Below are positions 58,775 to 64,000 of a stretch of 64,000 nt of DNA, one piece after another. Source of the DNA: an uncultured Nitrososphaerota archaeon (GTDB lineage: Archaea > Thermoproteota > EX4484-205 > JAAOZO01). The stretch spans positions 69,950 to 133,949 of the forward strand of contig CAYOYV010000004.1 in assembly GCA_964408285.1 (NCBI GenBank). The letters run 5' to 3'. Position 1 is the stretch's first letter, and each line of letters begins with the position of its first letter. Position numbers and translations under genes: made by a program. The notes below the pieces were generated by a model. The model saw only the letters and a program-made list of their open reading frames with translations, was not told the DNA's origin and ran no database searches.

Positions 58775-59815
58775 CTAACCTCCCACGAGATACTCCCTTG
58801 GGAAGATACCGGAGACTCTCCAAATCATACCCCTACCAATAATGCCTTCCTCTCTACATCTCAGAAACATCTTTCGCGCGTATGCGATATGATTTTTCAG
58901 TCTCTGTCCCTTCAGGAAATCCTCGTGCATTTCTCGCTCTCCTATCTCGTATACATGCATGATTGCCCAGCAGAATGTTTCGAACAGATGCAAGGGCCAA
59001 AAAAAGGAAATTCTCCTGCGTAGCTGAGGATCTTTTCGGAGGATTTCGTATTCGTCAAGGAATAGCTTGCTATGATGTGCATCTAAGTCAAATGAATCGA
59101 TCATTATGGCGATCTCCAAAGCCGGGTCCATCAATCCCAAGTCCTCCCAATCAATCAGCATGAGTTTTCCATTTGAGAAGATGACATTCTGCGGTGCGAT
59201 GTCCCCATGCGCGAGAACGCATACGCGCCTCGGAACGGGTTTCAATCCCTGAAGTCTTCGAAATGAATCGAGGAACATCTTTTGAAATTCCACGCTCCAG
59301 CCGAAGTAGATCCCTGTCTTACGCTTGATATAGTTGATTTCTCTCCTTATGGACTTCAGAATCAATGCTCTTGATGGCGGAACCCTAGTGATCTTCTTTG
59401 CTATGCGGCTCAAGTCGGTGTTGTGGAGTCTGGCGATCGCCCTTGCAAGTTGCTTCACGATTTTCGCGTTCTTCCTCTTGATTCTATCCAAGCTTGATCC
59501 ATCCACGTATTCAATCACTGTGAAGGGGCCGCCAGCAACTCTTGCTGATGATTCAAGATGAAAGACCTTGGGCGCTATCCCGAGGGATTCAACGGCTTTG
59601 AGAGAATTGTATTCCCGAGTCGTCTTGTGCCATTCACTTTTGTCTATGTTAACGCGAACGACAAACTTCCTCCCGTCCAGTGAAGCTAGATAATTGACGT
59701 GAGCCTCTCCTAGCCCCAGCTTCCTCACTTTGGCCCTTCTGATGCTACGTAGGCCGAGTGTCCCAGGGTCCATCTTCATCAAGTACTCTCGGATCCGATT
59801 CTCGGTGTCACTCAT
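58775..59815 (-). CDS. Aminoglycoside/choline-kinase-like phosphotransferase (APH family)
   Basis: Brenner motif VLAHGDIAPQNV and LIDWEDLG (DFG-equivalent). Confidence 0.65.
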   Translation of the reverse strand: MSDTENRIREYLMKMDPGTLGLRSIRRAKVRKLGLGEAHVNYLASLDGRKFVVRVNIDKSEWHKTTREYNSLKAVESLGIAPKVFHLESSARVAGGPFTVIEYVDGSSLDRIKRKNAKIVKQLARAIARLHNTDLSRIAKKITRVPPSRALILKSIRREINYIKRKTGIYFGWSVEFQKMFLDSFRRLQGLKPVPRRVCVLAHGDIAPQNVIFSNGKLMLIDWEDLGLMDPALEIAIMIDSFDLDAHHSKLFLDEYEILRKDPQLRRRISFFWPLHLFETFCWAIMHVYEIGEREMHEDFLKGQRLKNHIAYARKMFLRCREEGIIGRGMIWRVSGIFPREYLVGG

Positions 59816-60078
59816 CTTTTAGCATGCTCCGGAAGCCTCTGATGGATTTCCTAGAGGCGAACTTATACATTTCCAAAGAACGTGCGGATTGCATTCGCTC
59901 TGTGCGCATTACCTGATGGGGCAGTTCATGGGTAGAGCGTCACTCGCTCATCTGATACATCCGAAAGCTCAGGAAATTGCAGACTGCATTGCGCGAGCGA
60001 ATTCGTGCGCCTTAACCCGGCCTTCGGTTGGGATAGTCTTTTATGCCTAGCGGCGCAATCGAATATGAGTAAAGGCCG

Positions 60079-63000
60079 TTGTCTGCGGTTGAGCATCTTC
60101 AACATGGCCGTTACACTATCTTGAAGAAGATCGGGGAAGGCGGGAGGGGCCAGGTTTACAAGGCAAGAGATACGGTCTTGGATCGGGTTGTCGCAATAAA
60201 GGTGCTCAAAAGCACCCTGCAAAGCGAAGAAGCGTATTCACGATTCATCCGAGAGGCACAGGCTGTGGCGAGGCTGAACCATCCAAACATTGTTTCGATT
60301 TATGATGTCGGCAAGGAAGGAGAGACACAATTCCTAGTCCTAGAATATGTCGACGGTGGTTGCTTGAGCGATCTGATTGCGACTTATCCAGAACATAGGT
60401 GTGATGTTCCCACAGTATTGAGGGTCTGCATGGACATGTGCAGTGCCCTCCAATACGCTCATTCGCAAGGCATCCTACATCGAGACATCAAACCCCAGAA
60501 CATTATGATAACCCAAGAAGGCACCGCCAAATTGATGGATTTTGGCCTAGCGAAAATGCTCGGACAGCCTGAGTTGACACAGGAGGGAGTGATAGTCGGG
60601 ACCGTCGCATATCTGGCTCCTGAAATCGCACTGGGAAAAAGTGTGGACGCACGTTCAGATTTGTATTCGTTTGGTGCAGTTCTCTATGAGGCATTGACGG
60701 GCAAACCCCCCTTCGTCGGGGATGATCCTGTGAAGATCATATTCAGCCACATTCATGACTATCCTGTTCCACCGAGTAAGGCGAATCCATCAATTCCGCA
60801 GCCTCTGTCCGAGTGCACAATTAAACTGCTCGAAAAGGATCCGGAAAGGAGATATAGCTCTGCAGCGGATCTGCTCAAGTCCCTGAGAGAAATCACAGAT
60901 GGTCTCTCGAGGGAGGTGCTCACGCCGTATCGCGAACCCAGTAGGACAGTGCCAAGCGCACGTCCAATAGGGTCTAAGGAAATCCGGCTGGTCGATAGGG
61001 ACGAGGAGATGGCTATTCTTCGGGAGGTCGTTGATAGAACAGTAGGTGGTGAAGGCCGGCTTGTCTTTCTTCACGGAGAGGCCGGAATAGGCAAGACAAG
61101 ATTGACCAGGGAGTTGGGAACCTATGCACGTCTGCGTGGAATGCGCGTTCTGCATGGGAGATGCCCAGCGCTGTTTCACGTGGATGGCATCCCTCCCTAT
61201 TCTTTGTGGAGTGAAACCATCAAAGATTACTTGGAATTTTGCACGCCCGATCAACTATATAGGGTGATGGGCTTCTATCCGAGCGAGGTTTCAAAACTCG
61301 TTCCAGAAATAAAGCAAAGGTTAGGCGCAATTCCTCCTTCTCTGCCCATAGGTCCGGAGCATGAACGAGACAGGTTGTTTGAAGCAGTTTCTCAGTTCAT
61401 CGCCAATGTCTCCAAAGAAACTCCCCTAGTCGTCGTTCTTGACGACTTACAATGGACTGACCAAACGTCTCTATTATTGCTGGATTACCTGGGCCGGGGC
61501 GTTCACAGGACGCCATTGCTTATAGTTGGTGCATATCGCGAATCGGATATTGATGAGAAGCATCCTCTTTTTTCGGTAATGACGGATCTCAATAGAGAAC
61601 GTGTTCTCCAATCGATCTCTCTGAAGCGCATGTCCTACGAAGAGGTAAGTGAAATGATCAAACGGATTCTTGAACAAGAAGATATCCCAGGAGAATTCTC
61701 CCAGCTGATCTATGCGAGGACGAGAGGGAATCCCTTCTTCGTCGAGGAGGTGATAAGGTGTCTAAAAGAGGAGGGAACAATACGTCACGAAAACAACCGT
61801 TGGAAGATCGAGCAGATATCACGGATCGAGTTCCCTGATACGGTCAAGAGCGTATTGAAGGCGCGGATAGGCAGGATCGATGAGGAGTGTCAAAATGCTC
61901 TGACACTGGCTTCATTCATTGGAAACAATTTTACATTCGAAGCCTTGTTAGCAGTGACTGGTATTCAGGAAGATAAACTGCTGGGACTAATGGACAGAAT
62001 AATCAGAACCGGTATGGTGAAAGAGAACGTCATTAGAGGCGAAGATGTGTATTCGTTCGAAGATGCCGTCGTGAGAGACCTGCTGCACGAAGAAGTGAGT
62101 CACCTCAGGCACAAGAAACTTCACACAACAGTCGGAACTGCCTTGGAAAGGGCATATGCGTCAACGATCGATCAGCATTTTGGAGAATTAGGGTATCATT
62201 TTCTTGAAGGGGGAGATAAGGAAAGGGCTCTTGATTACTTTATGAAGGCGGCTGAGAAAGCAACAGGAGTTTACGCTCACCAAGAGGCAATCTCCTATCT
62301 TAAACAGGCTCTTGTAATCATAGAAGGCAAAGGAGGCAATACCGAAGAGAGAGCTCGTCTGACAGAGACGCTTGGCAACCTAGAGGCATGGATCGGCGAA
62401 ACTGATGCATGTATGGCATATTGGAGCAAGTCATTGGAACTGTGGAATCAAGCCGGGGATAGAAGGAGCGTTGCAAGGCTTCACGTAGCAATGGCAAAGA
62501 TGCTCTGGGAAATCGGAGACAAGGAAAAGGCCACCGAGCATCATAACGGCGCCCTGCAAATTCTGGAACAAGGGCCCGAAACCGTTGAATTGGCTGGCCT
62601 CTATGAGGACATTTCACACATGCTTTGGAGGACCGGCGAAAGTGCCAAAGCTCTTCCATTTGCAAACAAAGGCTTGGAATTGGCAGAGAAGTTGGCCAGC
62701 CCTCAGATCCTCGCGGATTCCTACAACAATCTTGGCGTGATGGCCTTGTATTCAGGACAAACGGAGAAGGCAAAGGAGCATTTCGAACAGGGATTGAAAA
62801 TAGCCACCGAAAACAACTGCACAAGAGCCGCCCTTCGTCTTTACCACAATCTTTCAGCAGTGTATGAAGCGATTGGGGGCTATCAAGTGGGATTTGAAGC
62901 TGCCGAGAAGGCATTCGAGCTCTCAAGGAAATTCGGTCTGATATACCAAATCCTTTGGACTGGCATAAACCTCGCGGGATATCACCTCATGAGGGGCGAG

Positions 63001-63735
63001 ATGCAAGTGGGCCTCAACTTAGCCGAGGAAATGCTGTCGCTTAGCAAGAGAACGAAAAATGCAATAAATGAAGCTTCAGCGATGGTTATGATAGCTTTAT
63101 TCTACGGGCTCTCTGGAGATTGGGAGAAAAGCACTGCATACTTCACAGAATCCTACGCTTTGGCGAAGAAGACTGGGGATTATCAGATTCATGGATTCTC
63201 TGCTTATTACTTTGGGTGGCTGTTTCTAGAAATGGGAAACCATATGGAGGCAGAGAAATATCTCAATGAGAGCAGGAGAATCTTTGAAACAGCCCATGAC
63301 GATGCTCAGCTATTCCCTTTCATATTACCAGTGCTTTCACAGCTGTATCTCGAGAAGGGCGAAGTTGACAAGGCAAGAGAACTAATCGAGAGGATATCCG
63401 GGTATGGATACAGCAACAAGAACCCCCTAATCACGGGGATTGGCGATTGCTTGAAAGCAATGCTATTTAGGGAACAATGCAATCTGAAACAGTCTCTGGG
63501 TTATTTCGAAAAAAGTCTTCAAGAGTACCGAACCCTTGACTTACAGGAAACCGACATCTGGACGTACTGCCAGCTCCTATACGACTACGGTCTTTTCTTC
63601 CTGAAAAGGAATGAAGAAGGAGACATGGACAGAGCCTTCTCATTTCTGGATCAAGCTCTAGAGATATATCACCGAGTCGGTGCGAAGAAAAGAATAGAGA
63701 GAATAGTGGCAAAAAAGAAGCTGATGACAGCATAG
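60079..63735 (+). CDS. Ser/Thr protein kinase fused to an AAA-type ATPase and a long TPR-repeat region (1218 aa)
   Basis: Hanks kinase GEGGRGQVYKA, VAIKVLK, HRDIKPQNIM, DFGLA, APE. P-loop FLHGEAGIGKTRL and Walker B VVVLDDLQWTD. About 500 aa of TPR-like repeats. TTG start. Confidence 0.8.
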   Translation: MSAVEHLQHGRYTILKKIGEGGRGQVYKARDTVLDRVVAIKVLKSTLQSEEAYSRFIREAQAVARLNHPNIVSIYDVGKEGETQFLVLEYVDGGCLSDLIATYPEHRCDVPTVLRVCMDMCSALQYAHSQGILHRDIKPQNIMITQEGTAKLMDFGLAKMLGQPELTQEGVIVGTVAYLAPEIALGKSVDARSDLYSFGAVLYEALTGKPPFVGDDPVKIIFSHIHDYPVPPSKANPSIPQPLSECTIKLLEKDPERRYSSAADLLKSLREITDGLSREVLTPYREPSRTVPSARPIGSKEIRLVDRDEEMAILREVVDRTVGGEGRLVFLHGEAGIGKTRLTRELGTYARLRGMRVLHGRCPALFHVDGIPPYSLWSETIKDYLEFCTPDQLYRVMGFYPSEVSKLVPEIKQRLGAIPPSLPIGPEHERDRLFEAVSQFIANVSKETPLVVVLDDLQWTDQTSLLLLDYLGRGVHRTPLLIVGAYRESDIDEKHPLFSVMTDLNRERVLQSISLKRMSYEEVSEMIKRILEQEDIPGEFSQLIYARTRGNPFFVEEVIRCLKEEGTIRHENNRWKIEQISRIEFPDTVKSVLKARIGRIDEECQNALTLASFIGNNFTFEALLAVTGIQEDKLLGLMDRIIRTGMVKENVIRGEDVYSFEDAVVRDLLHEEVSHLRHKKLHTTVGTALERAYASTIDQHFGELGYHFLEGGDKERALDYFMKAAEKATGVYAHQEAISYLKQALVIIEGKGGNTEERARLTETLGNLEAWIGETDACMAYWSKSLELWNQAGDRRSVARLHVAMAKMLWEIGDKEKATEHHNGALQILEQGPETVELAGLYEDISHMLWRTGESAKALPFANKGLELAEKLASPQILADSYNNLGVMALYSGQTEKAKEHFEQGLKIATENNCTRAALRLYHNLSAVYEAIGGYQVGFEAAEKAFELSRKFGLIYQILWTGINLAGYHLMRGEMQVGLNLAEEMLSLSKRTKNAINEASAMVMIALFYGLSGDWEKSTAYFTESYALAKKTGDYQIHGFSAYYFGWLFLEMGNHMEAEKYLNESRRIFETAHDDAQLFPFILPVLSQLYLEKGEVDKARELIERISGYGYSNKNPLITGIGDCLKAMLFREQCNLKQSLGYFEKSLQEYRTLDLQETDIWTYCQLLYDYGLFFLKRNEEGDMDRAFSFLDQALEIYHRVGAKKRIERIVAKKKLMTA

Positions 63736-63797
63736 TCTCGATGAGCTATACGAGATTATGGTTGTCTGCCCAATCAGCTGGTGCACGCCAGTTCGAA

Positions 63798-64000
63798 TCA
63801 AGCGGAGGCCTTGCTGGACCTAGTCAAATACCTGATTCCCACTGCAATCAGCCCGACCGTCACTACGATCGCACTCGCGGAAGCTGCCCAAGCAACTTCC
63901 TGTACTGGCATCTGCTTGTCCATGATCGCGACTAGTGCCCAGACAATAACTGCCGCGTATGCAATGTCCCTCCTGTTGAATATGACGATGAGGGTTGTGG
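63798..64000 (-). CDS. C-terminal part of a membrane protein entering from the right edge
   Basis: Hand translation of the minus strand gives ...AAVIVWALVAIMDKQMPVQEVAWAASASAIVVTVGLIAVGIRYLTRSSKASA*. The 5' end lies beyond the window. Confidence 0.35.
   Translation of the reverse strand, partial: TTLIVIFNRRDIAYAAVIVWALVAIMDKQMPVQEVAWAASASAIVVTVGLIAVGIRYLTRSSKASA

Noticed and set aside
63741-63935. 64-aa + strand ORF after the kinase gene
   Set aside because: The opposite strand encodes a clean membrane-protein C-terminus that runs to the window edge, so the + ORF is its antisense shadow.
1-64000. tRNA, rRNA or CRISPR content
   Set aside because: All intergenic gaps over 60 nt were scanned by eye. 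There is no cloverleaf-compatible T-arm/acceptor pairing (e.g. GAGTTCGATG at ~42400 and GATTCAAATC at ~51660 lack complementary stems), no rRNA-like conserved blocks and no regularly spaced direct repeats.

Overview
This is a gene-dense 64-kb chromosomal segment (about 50% GC, coding on both strands) that looks archaeal. The evidence for that: an archaeal class-III-signal-peptide pilin, a RadA-family recombinase with an N-terminal HhH domain, a split class I fumarase, an FDR-type FTR-rubredoxin fusion, an AsnA-type asparagine synthetase and a GH4 glycosidase. The lineage cannot be fixed without searches, and there are no rRNA genes here to help.

Recognisable content:
- Central and nitrogen metabolism: the 3' part of glutamine synthetase, asparagine synthetase A, fumarase alpha and beta, malic enzyme.
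- Sulfur assimilation: cysDN preceded by an RHH gene.
- Carbohydrate and amino-sugar enzymes: GHL10-like, GH2 and GH4 glycosidases, NagB, sugar-phosphate isomerases, Gfo/Idh/MocA oxidoreductases, and AP-superfamily and sulfatase-like enzymes.
- Redox proteins: rubrerythrin, an FTR-rubredoxin fusion with a glutaredoxin, a flavin reductase.
- Two ABC exporter sets, an MFS transporter, two URO-D/MtaA-family proteins, one B12-binding and one plain radical SAM enzyme, and a large Ser/Thr kinase-AAA-TPR signalling protein.

I found no tRNA, rRNA, CRISPR array, integrase or transposase.

Most notable features:
1. A translationally coupled operon (46.8-50.6 kb) in which a divergent RadA-family recombinase sits between proteins of unknown function and is followed by a SWIM-type zinc-finger protein.
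2. Two paralogous ~1050-aa double-FtsX permeases with large extracytoplasmic domains. They bracket a ~10-kb island of modification enzymes (nucleotidyltransferase, B12-rSAM, LmbE deacetylase, SAM methyltransferase, M24 peptidase, URO-D-like).
3. A 33-aa SEC-C-motif peptide gene that the ORF track missed.
4. A probable frameshifted AlkD-like DNA glycosylase gene.

All family assignments come from motifs read directly from the translations. Percent identities and lineage are not computed.
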